Assembly (NCBI GenBank): GCA_964599615.1
Contig: CAZRGF010000004.1
Span: forward strand, 3,810 to 67,809
Direction: 5' to 3'
Length of the DNA: 64,000 nucleotides
DNA from: Candidatus Woesearchaeota archaeon
GTDB taxonomy: Archaea; Nanobdellota; Nanobdellia; Pacearchaeales; UBA284
Under the pieces are notes generated by a model, which worked only from the letters and a program-made list of their open reading frames with translations, was not told the origin of the DNA and did no database searches. This document shows, piece by piece, positions 49,615-58,731 of this stretch; the stretch's first letter is position 1, and each line of letters opens with the position of its first letter. Position numbers and translations under genes: made by a program.

Positions 49615-50166
49615 ATGGCAGATGGAGTTGGAGCAGTTTTCGGCGGTGGATTTTATCAACTGATAAATCAATGGCAAAGTTTCGGTGTATTCACTGTATT
49701 GTTGCCTTTAATCTTGATTTTTGCAGTTGTCTTTGCGATTCTAGAAAAAATTAATATCTTGAATAATAGAGGAGTTCATCTAGTCATCGCCTTGGCTATT
49801 GGATTTTTTACCGTCTCTAATCCATATATTTCTTCATTTTTTATGCCCTTTTTCTCAAACCTGGCAATAGGGATTGTCATTGTCCTTGCACTAACTATTC
49901 TAATCGGACTTGCGATAAAACCCGATGATGATAAATCAATTAAGTGGATTTTTGGTATTACTGGATTTGTAGTCTTCATTGTTATTCTAGGTAGAACAGG
50001 AGTTTTCAATTATTTATTAGGAGACAACATCGGATTTTGGATAAGTCAAAATTCATCCTGGGTTGTCTTGTTTGTCATACTAGCGATTTTAGTTTTGGGA
50101 GTGATAATGGGATCAAGAGGAGAAGGCAATTCTTGGTTGGATGTACTCGCTAAACCAAGAAAATAA
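49615..50166 (+). CDS. Multi-TM membrane protein, paralog 2
   Basis: LLPLILIFAVVFAILEKINIL motif. Confidence 0.8.
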   Translation: MADGVGAVFGGGFYQLINQWQSFGVFTVLLPLILIFAVVFAILEKINILNNRGVHLVIALAIGFFTVSNPYISSFFMPFFSNLAIGIVIVLALTILIGLAIKPDDDKSIKWIFGITGFVVFIVILGRTGVFNYLLGDNIGFWISQNSSWVVLFVILAILVLGVIMGSRGEGNSWLDVLAKPRK

Positions 50167-50203
50167 ATTAAATAATAATTTAAAAAATAGATAAAAATAA
50201 AAA

Positions 50204-50698
50204 ATGGTAACTGCTATTGATATGTCTGGATTAGGGACATTCATGCCTATCTTTGCATTTATTCTTGTCTTTACAGTTTGTTATGCCCTGTTAGCTAAGA
50301 CAAAAGTTTTAGGAGAACACAAATTCGTCCATATATTCGTAAGTTTCTGCATTGCAATTATCTTTATCATCTCAGCCAATGCAATCGAGTATGTAAAAGT
50401 CACAACACCTTTCTTTGCAGCTTTTATCATAAGCCTTCTGTTTATTATGCTGATTGTAGGCTTATACAAGGGAAAAGGGGTAGATGAATTCTTTAAAGGA
50501 AATGGCTTTGGGTGGTTGATTGTTATTGTTTTGATAATTATATTTGTATTCTCAGCATTGTTTATCTTTGCCCCATTAATTAATCAGTATATGGCTGGCC
50601 CAAAACAATTTTTGCTTCAGCCGCAGATTCTAGGAGTTTTGATTCTATTGGCTGTCACAGCTTTCACAGCTTGGCTTTTATCTAAGAAACAAGGCTGA
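50204..50698 (+). CDS. Multi-TM membrane protein, paralog 3
   Basis: IFAFILVFTVCYALLAKTKVLG motif. Confidence 0.8.
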   Translation: MVTAIDMSGLGTFMPIFAFILVFTVCYALLAKTKVLGEHKFVHIFVSFCIAIIFIISANAIEYVKVTTPFFAAFIISLLFIMLIVGLYKGKGVDEFFKGNGFGWLIVIVLIIIFVFSALFIFAPLINQYMAGPKQFLLQPQILGVLILLAVTAFTAWLLSKKQG

Positions 50699-50745
50699 AT
50701 CTATTTTAAGTTTATAAGTAATTATTACTTTTCTTAGTTCTCATT

Positions 50746-51027
50746 AACTTGACTTTGCCATCTATAGGTTTAAGGGTAAATTATCTGGATTTGATTCTTG
50801 ATTTTTGTTTTCGAAGAAGTTTCTGAAAATTTAGAACTAACTGTACATAATCCATTGCAGCATAGCCCGCATTGGCAAAGTTAAACATTCTTACTTGACT
50901 TCGCCAGACATAAGTGTAAAATATTTTATTCTTAATGTTCGTAGTTTTTCTTTGAAGAAATCTTAAAGAAATCAAGAATCCCCTTGCAGAATTGACTATC
51001 AATTATCCCGCATTGGCGAAGTCAAGT
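50746..51027 (+). repeat. Two tandem family-1 repeats (50746-50885, 50893-51027)
   Basis: Each has ACTTGACTTYGCCA ... CCCGCATTGGCRAAGT. Confidence 0.8.
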
Positions 51028-51079
51028 CAATAAGTGTTATGGGCATAACTTTATTCAGATACCGGGTAAAATTAGCAAA

Positions 51080-52459
51080 CTAGAACATCTTTCTTCCGAA
51101 TTTCTTGGCTAATTTTTGCAATGTTTTTTGGTCCATCTTGCCTTGACTAGGGTCAAGTCCTTGCATAGAGCCTGTTGCAAATTCTTTTATTAATTTGTAT
51201 TGTTTTATTAATTCGCGAATTTCATTTGCAGATACAGTGCTTCCTTTAGAAATTCTTGAGACTCTGTTTGAATCTAATAAATCCGGATTATCTCTTTCAG
51301 CAGGGGTCATCGAATCTATTGCAAAACGCCATTTTTTCATCTTGCTTTCTTGTACATTGAACATATCCGGAAGTTTTTTTCCTATGCTTCCGCCAAGACT
51401 TCCAAGTCCAGGAATCAACTCAGCCATCTTGTCCATAGGTCCCATCTTCTGAATATTTTTGATTTGATCACAAAAATCAACTAAAGAGAATTTTCCTTCT
51501 TGCAATCTGGATTGGAACTTCTCCTGCTCTTTTTCATCAATGACATTTTTTGTTTTTTCAAGCAACGCCCTCAAATCACCCATTCCCAATAATCTAGAGA
51601 CAAATCCACTGGGGTCAAAACTTTCTAGATCAGCTAATTTTTCTCCTGTTCCAATAAAATAAACAGGCGCGTTAGTCTCAGCACATGAAATTAAAGCACC
51701 GCCACCTTTAGCTGTTCCATCTATCCTGGTTACAATCACGCCTGTTACTTTACAGGCATTCTTGAATCCTTGTGCCTGTTCTTTTGCAGCTTTCCCTATA
51801 TCTGCGGGAACAACTAAGAAAGTTTCATTTGGCTTTATTTCATCATTAATTATCTTAATTTCTTCAATCAGATCATTGCTTAGGACATCCCGTCCAGCAG
51901 TATCAATAATACATAAATCAAATTTCTTTACTTTTTCTTTATACTTGTCATAAATTGCAAGCACATTTTTTTCTTCTTTATCTATAAAAGCCTGAACATT
52001 AGCTTTCTGGGCCATCTGTTCTAATTGCTCTGGAGCAGCTGGCCTGTGAACATCCAACCCCAATAAACAAGTTTTAAAACCTCTTTTAGAATAATAAAAC
52101 GCTAGCTTAGCTGCTTGTGTTGTCTTTCCAGCCCCATACAAACCAAGAAGCATTATCTTGAAAGGCCTGGCTTTTTTATCTACTTTGATTTCAAAACTTT
52201 CTTCCCCAAGAATATTTACAAGTTCATCATGTATCAGCTTAACTAACTGTTCTTTTTTCTCCAATCCCTTTATATTTTCATTCGCTTTTTTCTTTATCTT
52301 CTCTGTTAAATCATCAGCTATCTTTATATCAACATCAGCTTCAAGCAAGCTTCTTCTCAAATCCAAACAGATTTCATCAATAATCTTTTTGTCAATGAAG
52401 ATAGCTCCAGCTATCTTTGACAATGTATTTTTCAAGCTTGTTCCTAATTTATCTAGCAT
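51080..52459 (-). CDS. srp54: Signal recognition particle protein SRP54
   Basis: LLEADV, GLYGAGKTT, DVHRPAA, DTAGR, DGTAKGGGA, M-domain. Confidence 0.95.
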   Translation of the reverse strand: MLDKLGTSLKNTLSKIAGAIFIDKKIIDEICLDLRRSLLEADVDIKIADDLTEKIKKKANENIKGLEKKEQLVKLIHDELVNILGEESFEIKVDKKARPFKIMLLGLYGAGKTTQAAKLAFYYSKRGFKTCLLGLDVHRPAAPEQLEQMAQKANVQAFIDKEEKNVLAIYDKYKEKVKKFDLCIIDTAGRDVLSNDLIEEIKIINDEIKPNETFLVVPADIGKAAKEQAQGFKNACKVTGVIVTRIDGTAKGGGALISCAETNAPVYFIGTGEKLADLESFDPSGFVSRLLGMGDLRALLEKTKNVIDEKEQEKFQSRLQEGKFSLVDFCDQIKNIQKMGPMDKMAELIPGLGSLGGSIGKKLPDMFNVQESKMKKWRFAIDSMTPAERDNPDLLDSNRVSRISKGSTVSANEIRELIKQYKLIKEFATGSMQGLDPSQGKMDQKTLQKLAKKFGRKMF

Positions 52460-52496
52460 GAAAATCCCAGTTAGTTGGGTTTTATAAAGGTTAAGA

Positions 52497-52889
52497 TTAT
52501 CTCTCAAAAATCGTCTTCCATGAGCAGGGTGTAGAAGGAATTTGGACTTCTAGACCAATACCTCCTCTGCCAGAATGTTCAACGACTCTTCCATACAACA
52601 CAGAATCTGAATCTAACCATTGGTATTCTTGTGATTCATTAACCCGAGTACAATAGCCTTCATTTATATCTTTAAGCAAAAAACAAGAAGAACCTGATCC
52701 TCCTGCACCAAAACTATTCAATACAAATGGCTTTCCCAGTAAATAAACAGTATCTTCCGGAGTTAAAAAATAATACGCATTATTCTTTAAATCTACTTTA
52801 AAGCTTTTAGGGGGATTTGATAAAAATTCTGAAGAATTGCAACTCAAAAAAATCAGTCCAGCTATTACAGATAATAGCGAGTTTCTCAT
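52497..52889 (-). CDS. Putative lipoprotein
   Basis: MRNSLLSVIAGLIFLS|C. Confidence 0.6.
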   Translation of the reverse strand: MRNSLLSVIAGLIFLSCNSSEFLSNPPKSFKVDLKNNAYYFLTPEDTVYLLGKPFVLNSFGAGGSGSSCFLLKDINEGYCTRVNESQEYQWLDSDSVLYGRVVEHSGRGGIGLEVQIPSTPCSWKTIFER

Positions 52890-52920
52890 CTAAATTAGAG
52901 GCATAATAAATATTTAAGTT

Positions 52921-53262
52921 TTATTGTGGTTCACAGATAGGAAAAGTTTCTAAAGTTTGCCCTAATGGGCCAAGTGATTCGTACAATTCAGAAACTAGTC
53001 TAGAAAGAAATCCCTGGCTTTCTCTATGTAATTGAACAGTGCCTCTAAATAAGCTATGAAGTATCAATTCAGTGTGATATTGTGAAATGGTGTCATCAAC
53101 GAAAGCCCCAATTTTATTATTTGGTACTTGATGCTCTGTTGCCCAATTTCTTGCATACTCTTTAACACAAAAGGTTCTGTTTTTAAGCCTTTTATCATAC
53201 ATCTCATCAGCACATGTTACAGAATCTATTTCAAATTTACGTCTCGAATAACGCTTTCCCAT
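52921..53262 (-). CDS. Hypothetical protein (paralog of 53329-53745)
   Basis: Y.RR..E..S..C; WATEHQVP; LVSELYESL. Confidence 0.6.
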   Translation of the reverse strand: MGKRYSRRKFEIDSVTCADEMYDKRLKNRTFCVKEYARNWATEHQVPNNKIGAFVDDTISQYHTELILHSLFRGTVQLHRESQGFLSRLVSELYESLGPLGQTLETFPICEPQ

Positions 53263-53328
53263 GTTTGTATTAGGGTTTAAATCTTTTTAAGTTTTATTGT
53301 AAAAAAAGGCAATTATCCGAATAACTTG

Positions 53329-53745
53329 TCAAAAACCTGGATAAGTAGATTCTCTTCGTTTTTCAGCTCGTTCAGAGAGTGAATGATATAAAGTATAAAC
53401 CAAGCTAGTTACTGGTTGGGGTTGTGGTCTTGGAAGAAAATCTTTATCTGTTCTGCAATCAGCAAGTTCTGGTGGAAGTTCAGCAAAGTCAACTGTATGC
53501 CCCAGAAGTGAAAGAAACTCTAAATTATTTCTTTTAATAACCTGGCGATAAAAAGAATTTCTATACTTTAGTGGAATTCTATGTTCTCTAGCATATTGCG
53601 TTATATATGGCATCTCATCAAACTTAACTTTTGTTTTTCTTACTTTTACTCTTCTTTTTCCATAAATTCCCAATCTCTCGCAAAGAGCATGAGAACAAAC
53701 TCCTGACGCTTCTTCAATATGTCTTTTATTATAATATGTATCCAT
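53329..53745 (-). CDS. Hypothetical protein (paralog of 52921-53262)
   Basis: Y.KR..E..S..C; YAREHRIP; LVYTLYHSL. Confidence 0.6.
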   Translation of the reverse strand: MDTYYNKRHIEEASGVCSHALCERLGIYGKRRVKVRKTKVKFDEMPYITQYAREHRIPLKYRNSFYRQVIKRNNLEFLSLLGHTVDFAELPPELADCRTDKDFLPRPQPQPVTSLVYTLYHSLSERAEKRRESTYPGF

Positions 53746-53785
53746 CTCTTTGATTGGAACAAGTGATATTTAAAGATTATTGTAA

Positions 53786-54985
53786 TCAAGAGAATAATTT
53801 ATCTAGAATTTTCTTTTTGTCAAAAACTTCCAAGTCTTTGTATTCTTGTCCTACTCCCAAAAAAAGAATTGGTTTTCCAGTGACGTAGCTTGAAGAAATC
53901 ATTGCCCCCCCGCGCTCATCAACATCTGCCTTTGTCAAAATTAAAGCATCTATGCCAATACTTTCATTAAAACTTTTTGCTTGCTCAACAGCGTCGTTTC
54001 CTGTTGTTGATTCAGCAACAAAAATCTTTAAATCCGGTTTAGCAACTCTAACAATCTTTTCCATTTCCCTTATTAAATCAGCTTTGTTGTGCATCCTTCC
54101 GGCAGTATCTATTAAAACAACATCAATATTATTTGCTTTTGCATGAGCAATTGCATCAAATGCAACAGAAGCAGGGTCTGCACCATATTTTGACTTGATA
54201 ATTTCAACTTCAAGTTTTTGAGCATGCATCTCCAATTGTTCTATTGATGCTGCCCTAAAAGTATCTGCTGCAGCCAAAATCACAGAAAATCTCTTTTTCA
54301 ACATCCAGGCTAATCTTGCTATTGTTGTTGTCTTCCCAGAACCATTTATTCCAAAAAAGACAATGACATACGGTTTCTTCTCCTGGCTTTTCTTATTTTC
54401 CTCAATTTTTTTCTCTAAGTCAAAAGGTTCAATCAACAGGCTAGAAACCGCTTCTTTAAGGCTTTCTTTTATTATTTCTTCAACTTCTTTTTTCTTGACT
54501 TCTTTCCCAATCAATTTTTCTTTTAGTTTTTCTCTCAGAGAATCAATTGCTTCCATTGCGACATTGTTCTCTATCAGTATTAATTCAAGTTCATTGAAAA
54601 ATTCATGGTAAGCTTCTTCGCTTAATTTCATTGAAGTGAATCCCTTTGCTAGTCTTGAGAAAAAACCTTCTTTTTTCTCTTCTCTTTCCTGTTCTTTTTC
54701 CTCTTCATCAATCTTTTTCAGTTTCTCTTCTCTTTCTTCTTTTTTCTCTTCACTCTCATAGTCCTTTATTGATTCTTTAATTTCACTGGGAAATTTAGGG
54801 GATTGCTGGTGCCCAGAAAATTTTTCATTTTCTTGAGTTTTAGGAGTTTTTTCTTCAATCTTCTCCTGAACAACTATCTCCTCCTTTATTTCTTCTTTTT
54901 TCTCTTCTTTGATTTCTGATTTTTCAACTATCTTATCTGTTTTCTGGAACAGATCATTCAATTTTTTCTTTAAAAAGTTAAACAT
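53786..54985 (-). CDS. ftsY: SRP receptor FtsY
   Basis: Acidic N-terminus, GINGSGKTTT, DTFRAA, DTAGR, TKAD..GG. Confidence 0.95.
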   Translation of the reverse strand: MFNFLKKKLNDLFQKTDKIVEKSEIKEEKKEEIKEEIVVQEKIEEKTPKTQENEKFSGHQQSPKFPSEIKESIKDYESEEKKEEREEKLKKIDEEEKEQEREEKKEGFFSRLAKGFTSMKLSEEAYHEFFNELELILIENNVAMEAIDSLREKLKEKLIGKEVKKKEVEEIIKESLKEAVSSLLIEPFDLEKKIEENKKSQEKKPYVIVFFGINGSGKTTTIARLAWMLKKRFSVILAAADTFRAASIEQLEMHAQKLEVEIIKSKYGADPASVAFDAIAHAKANNIDVVLIDTAGRMHNKADLIREMEKIVRVAKPDLKIFVAESTTGNDAVEQAKSFNESIGIDALILTKADVDERGGAMISSSYVTGKPILFLGVGQEYKDLEVFDKKKILDKLFS

Positions 54986-55048
54986 AATTATCTCAATTTG
55001 AAAAGATTAATAAATGTTGTTCTTTTGTATCTATAAATAAAAAGATGG

Positions 55049-55100
55049 TAACAAAAGAGTTTTGGTGAAAATCTCAATTTTCACAACGTTGCAAAACTCA
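55049..55100 (+). repeat. Family-3 hairpin repeat
   Basis: GAGTTTTG-GTGAAAAT..ATTTTCAC-AACGTTG-CAAAACTC. Confidence 0.65.
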
Positions 55101-55134
55101 ACTTAGGATACCTACTTACACACATATTTAAAAA

Positions 55135-55797
55135 ATGATTTGCAAAATATATCTATTCAGGCACGGCCAGACAACATATAATAAAAAACACATTTTTACT
55201 GGCTGGACAGAATCTGGATTAACTAGATTAGGAAAAGAACAAGCAAAAATTTTAGCAAAAAGATTGAAAAACAAAGAAATGGATGTTGCTTTCCAGACCC
55301 ATTTATCCAGGTCAAAAGACACCTTAAAAGAAGTCTTAAAATTCCATCCAGAATGTAAAATAATTATTGAAGATGATAGGATGCTTGAAAGAAGCTATGG
55401 GAAATTAGAAGGGCATTCTCATAAAGAGTTTATTGAAAAAGAAGGTACTGATGATTATAACACCCTGTTGCACTGGCATAAGATTGATCATCTCCATCGG
55501 AAGGAAAGAGAAGAATTTATAAAAAATGTTGGTGAGGCTGAATTTAAAATAGTTCATCGTTCTTACAACATTCCGCCTCCTGGAGGAGAATCTGTAAAAA
55601 TAGTTGAAAAACGTGTCAAGTCATTCATCAAAGATTTAATCAAGTTCATGAAAAGAGAGAAAGTGAATGTGGTCATATCTAGCCATAATAACTCAATGAG
55701 GCCTTTTAGGAGATATTTTGAGAAACTCTCCGTAGAACAGATGATGCAATTAGAGAACCCTTTTGATGATTATTTTGAATATTCTGTAAAAGTGTAG
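55135..55797 (+). CDS. Histidine phosphatase / cofactor-dependent phosphoglycerate mutase
   Basis: LFRHGQT, FTGW, ERSYG.LEG, PPPGGES, SHNNSMR. Confidence 0.88.
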   Translation: MICKIYLFRHGQTTYNKKHIFTGWTESGLTRLGKEQAKILAKRLKNKEMDVAFQTHLSRSKDTLKEVLKFHPECKIIIEDDRMLERSYGKLEGHSHKEFIEKEGTDDYNTLLHWHKIDHLHRKEREEFIKNVGEAEFKIVHRSYNIPPPGGESVKIVEKRVKSFIKDLIKFMKREKVNVVISSHNNSMRPFRRYFEKLSVEQMMQLENPFDDYFEYSVKV

Positions 55798-55809
55798 GCT
55801 TCCCTTATA

Positions 55810-56235
55810 CTACATTGATAATTTTCCTTCTCTTTCAGCAGAAAGAAGTGCACTTTCGATATTGCCTTTCAATTTGCTAGAGGGTCTGTCTAGAATTCCA
55901 ATTGCAGGTTCTTGTTCAATCCCGCCAACTCCGAAGAGGTTACTTCTTTGAACAATATCCACTGTCCAATTAAATTGTCTTGGATCAGGCTCATCTGATG
56001 GAACATAGACCTCAAAGGTTACAAAAGGCAGCAGGTCTCTGTCCTCTTCCCTACAATTAAGAACAATAAGTGAAAAATTGTAATTAGTTCTTTTTTCATC
56101 ACTAGCCGGATAAAATGAATCAAATCTTGTCCGATATCTCTCTCCAAGAATTCCCCTAACTTGTTCTTGAACAATATTGTTCATCACTATTGGGGCATGC
56201 ACCCCTGGTTGAAATACCATGTTTTTATTATACAA
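55810..56235 (-). CDS. Hypothetical protein
   Basis: ORF only; start may be 56220. Confidence 0.55.
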   Translation of the reverse strand: MYNKNMVFQPGVHAPIVMNNIVQEQVRGILGERYRTRFDSFYPASDEKRTNYNFSLIVLNCREEDRDLLPFVTFEVYVPSDEPDPRQFNWTVDIVQRSNLFGVGGIEQEPAIGILDRPSSKLKGNIESALLSAEREGKLSM

Positions 56236-56367
56236 CTTTATTTTTAAGTATTATTGTTCTCAAACGGTATACTCAAATGCTTCTCTTTTCTTTACATATA
56301 TATTTTTAAATTCGATATTCTTGTCTAGATTAACTAGGGGCACAAGTTAGAGGAAAAAGAATAGAAC

Positions 56368-56934
56368 ATGATTACTTATCAAGAAATTTATGATATCTTA
56401 AGAAAAGAGAAATACAATGAACCTTTGCAAGACCTTCCAGCAAGTTTTCTCAAAGAACTAGCAATGTATCTTGAAGATAAAAAACAGATATTAAGCAAGT
56501 CAGAAACGAGTTTATTTTCAGACACTTTAAAAGTTACAAGAAAACAGCTAGATAATACTGTTTCATTGATAAAAGAGATATTTTCCATAAGGAACAAAAA
56601 AGTCCTTAATCTGAGTTTTACAGCAGCAATCACAGGTGTCAGCAAAAGAGATACTGAACATCTTCTTGATCATGAAAAATTATTATTTGAACAAACTGTA
56701 AAACAATTAGAAGAAAACCAAAAATTTCTCTTGCTGTATTTTGAAGGTAAAGTAGAAAAAGAGAAAGATTTGAAAAACTTATTCTTGAGGTTCAAGCAAG
56801 AAGTCCCGGCTTTTTTGCTTCCAGATGGCTCTGAAATCGGCCCATTCAAAACAGGCGACGTAGCAAATCTTCCGAAAGAGATCGCTTCCATCATCTTAGC
56901 AGATAAAAAAGCAGTTGAAATCGATGTTGAATGA
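56368..56934 (+). CDS. GINS complex subunit (Gins51-type)
   Basis: LRKEK....LQDLP..F, IRNKKVL, GPFKTGDVANLPKEIA; upstream of L44e. Confidence 0.85.
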   Translation: MITYQEIYDILRKEKYNEPLQDLPASFLKELAMYLEDKKQILSKSETSLFSDTLKVTRKQLDNTVSLIKEIFSIRNKKVLNLSFTAAITGVSKRDTEHLLDHEKLLFEQTVKQLEENQKFLLLYFEGKVEKEKDLKNLFLRFKQEVPAFLLPDGSEIGPFKTGDVANLPKEIASIILADKKAVEIDVE

Positions 56935-57023
56935 AATCTAAGAAGAAGTGCAATATATTCAAGTTATAGCAATCAATCTCAATCATCCTTAAGATTTAAA
57001 AACCCTGAAATGTAAACATTAAA

Positions 57024-57341
57024 ATGAAACTACCCAAAGAAGTCAAGAGATATTGCAGACATTGCAAGAAACATACTAGCCACAAGGTGGTTATAGCAAG
57101 TTCTGGACATAAGAGAAGTTCAATGAAAAAAGGCTCAAAAGAAAGAGCAAGACTTAGGGGAAGAGCCAGGGGATACGGTAATCAAGGAAGATGGAACAAG
57201 CCAGCTATCTCTAAATGGAAGAGAAAAACAAAAGGTACTAAAAAAACAAATTTAACATTCAAATGTCTTGTTTGCAACAAAACAAGTCTTCAGAAAAAAG
57301 GCAAGAGAACATCTAAATTCCAGATAAAGGAGGGAAAATAA
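57024..57341 (+). CDS. rpl44e: 50S ribosomal protein L44e
   Basis: MKLPK..KRYCRHCKKHTSHKV, CLVC. Confidence 0.95.
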   Translation: MKLPKEVKRYCRHCKKHTSHKVVIASSGHKRSSMKKGSKERARLRGRARGYGNQGRWNKPAISKWKRKTKGTKKTNLTFKCLVCNKTSLQKKGKRTSKFQIKEGK

Positions 57342-57342
57342 A

Positions 57343-57543
57343 ATGGATTATCAATTAATAGCAAATTCAGTCAATAAGGTGGTAGATTATGCGTCACTAG
57401 CTACGGGAATTGCAGTTTGTGCTTTGTTCCCGTTTTATTTAGCCAACCAAAGAAAATTTAGAAGAGAATTTCAGAGAGATGTTAAACAATTCGGAGAGAG
57501 TATGGAAACACTAATTAAAAAAATTGAAATAAGCAACATATAG
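57343..57543 (+). CDS. Small hypothetical membrane protein
   Basis: 66 aa, one TM, between rpl44e and rps3ae. Confidence 0.55.
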   Translation: MDYQLIANSVNKVVDYASLATGIAVCALFPFYLANQRKFRREFQRDVKQFGESMETLIKKIEISNI

Positions 57544-57548
57544 ATAAA

Positions 57549-58079
57549 ATGGTATTAAAGAAAAAATATTTTGATGTTCAACTTGAAGTCTTAAATTCAA
57601 GCATCCCTTTACTAGCCTATACTGCAGAGTCTTTGAACGGAAAAGCAATAAAATTTGACTTGACTAAAATCTTGAAAGGAAAAAACTGCGAAGCCCGTTT
57701 TATGGTCCATGAAAAGGAAAAAGAGCTTTATGGGGAAATGGTCTCTTTCTCAATATATCCCTCATTCATAAGAAAGATGATTGGCCATAACATCAGTATC
57801 ATAGAAGAGTCTTTTGCATGCAAAGCCAAAGATGCTAATTTGAGGATAAAACCTTTTTTAATAACAAGAAAGCGTGTCCATAGAAGTGTTAGAACAGAGC
57901 TAAGGAACAAGGCAAAAGAATTTTTGACAAATACCGCAGAATCTTTGACAAAAGCAGATTTCTTCCAATATGCAATTAATGGGACAATACAAAAAGACCT
58001 CTCAAAACATCTCAAGAAAATTTATCCATTAGCTGTTTCTGAAATAAGGGTTGTTGAAGTTGTAAAAACAAAGAAATAA
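57549..58079 (+). CDS. rps3ae: 30S ribosomal protein S3Ae (eS1)
   Basis: KKKYF, LRIKPF, LKKIYPLAVSEIR. Confidence 0.85.
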   Translation: MVLKKKYFDVQLEVLNSSIPLLAYTAESLNGKAIKFDLTKILKGKNCEARFMVHEKEKELYGEMVSFSIYPSFIRKMIGHNISIIEESFACKAKDANLRIKPFLITRKRVHRSVRTELRNKAKEFLTNTAESLTKADFFQYAINGTIQKDLSKHLKKIYPLAVSEIRVVEVVKTKK

Positions 58080-58148
58080 GCAAGTTTACATTATGCAATA
58101 AAAGAGTATATATACTTTAAGTATCTTAAATAATAAAAGAGAAATAAA

Positions 58149-58481
58149 ATGAGAGGTAAACCCAAAGCAATAATCTTTTCGATAATTGTTTTACTTATAC
58201 TTCTAGTAAGTCTATTTATAATACTAATTTTTTTAGATAAAACCCCAGAAACTTCTTCCAATAAGGTGATTTATTATAGTGTTTCAAATAATTATTATAG
58301 GGATAATCCTAGATTTTATTCAGTTTATACTTATCCCTATTACTCCGAAATCAGTGACTATTACCATTATCACCACAGATACAAAGAAAATCCAGAACCA
58401 CTTCCCAGTTATATTCAAATTGAACCAGTTGCAATCCAAGCTCCGAATTATGCCCCAACAAATTTACATAACGCACATTAA
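58149..58481 (+). CDS. Hypothetical membrane-anchored Tyr-rich protein
   Basis: N-terminal TM. Confidence 0.55.
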   Translation: MRGKPKAIIFSIIVLLILLVSLFIILIFLDKTPETSSNKVIYYSVSNNYYRDNPRFYSVYTYPYYSEISDYYHYHHRYKENPEPLPSYIQIEPVAIQAPNYAPTNLHNAH

Positions 58482-58602
58482 TTCTTAAGAAAAAATTTGG
58501 ACTATTCTCTTCTAATTTTCAATTTTTTTAAGGATTCTTATAATATCCCTCTTCTCCACAAAATTTTAAAAGCCTCTTTCTCTCTCTTTTTATAACATTC
58601 GT

Positions 58603-58675
58603 GCCTCTATAGCTCAGTGGCTAGAGCATCTGTTTTGTAAACAGAGGGTCGCAGGTTCAAATCCTGCTAGAGGCT
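58603..58675 (+). tRNA. tRNA-Thr(TGT)
   Basis: GCCTCTA/TAGAGGC acceptor, GCTC D-stem, TCTGT-TT-TGT-AA-ACAGA anticodon arm, GCAGG-TTCAAAT-CCTGC T-arm. Confidence 0.95.
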
Positions 58676-58731
58676 TTCTGTTTTAGTTCAAATCCTCCAA
58701 AGATTTAAATCCTTGAAGAGGTTATAAAAAA

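Noticed and set aside
50781..51002. 73-aa ORF
   Set aside because: Lies wholly within tandem family-1 repeats; no transposase motifs
50746..51027. Possible CRISPR array
   Set aside because: Only two long units with homologous interiors, no constant repeat-spacer period and no cas genes
51028..55134. SRP RNA near srp54/ftsY
   Set aside because: No GC-rich ~300-nt structured region or helix-8 motif seen
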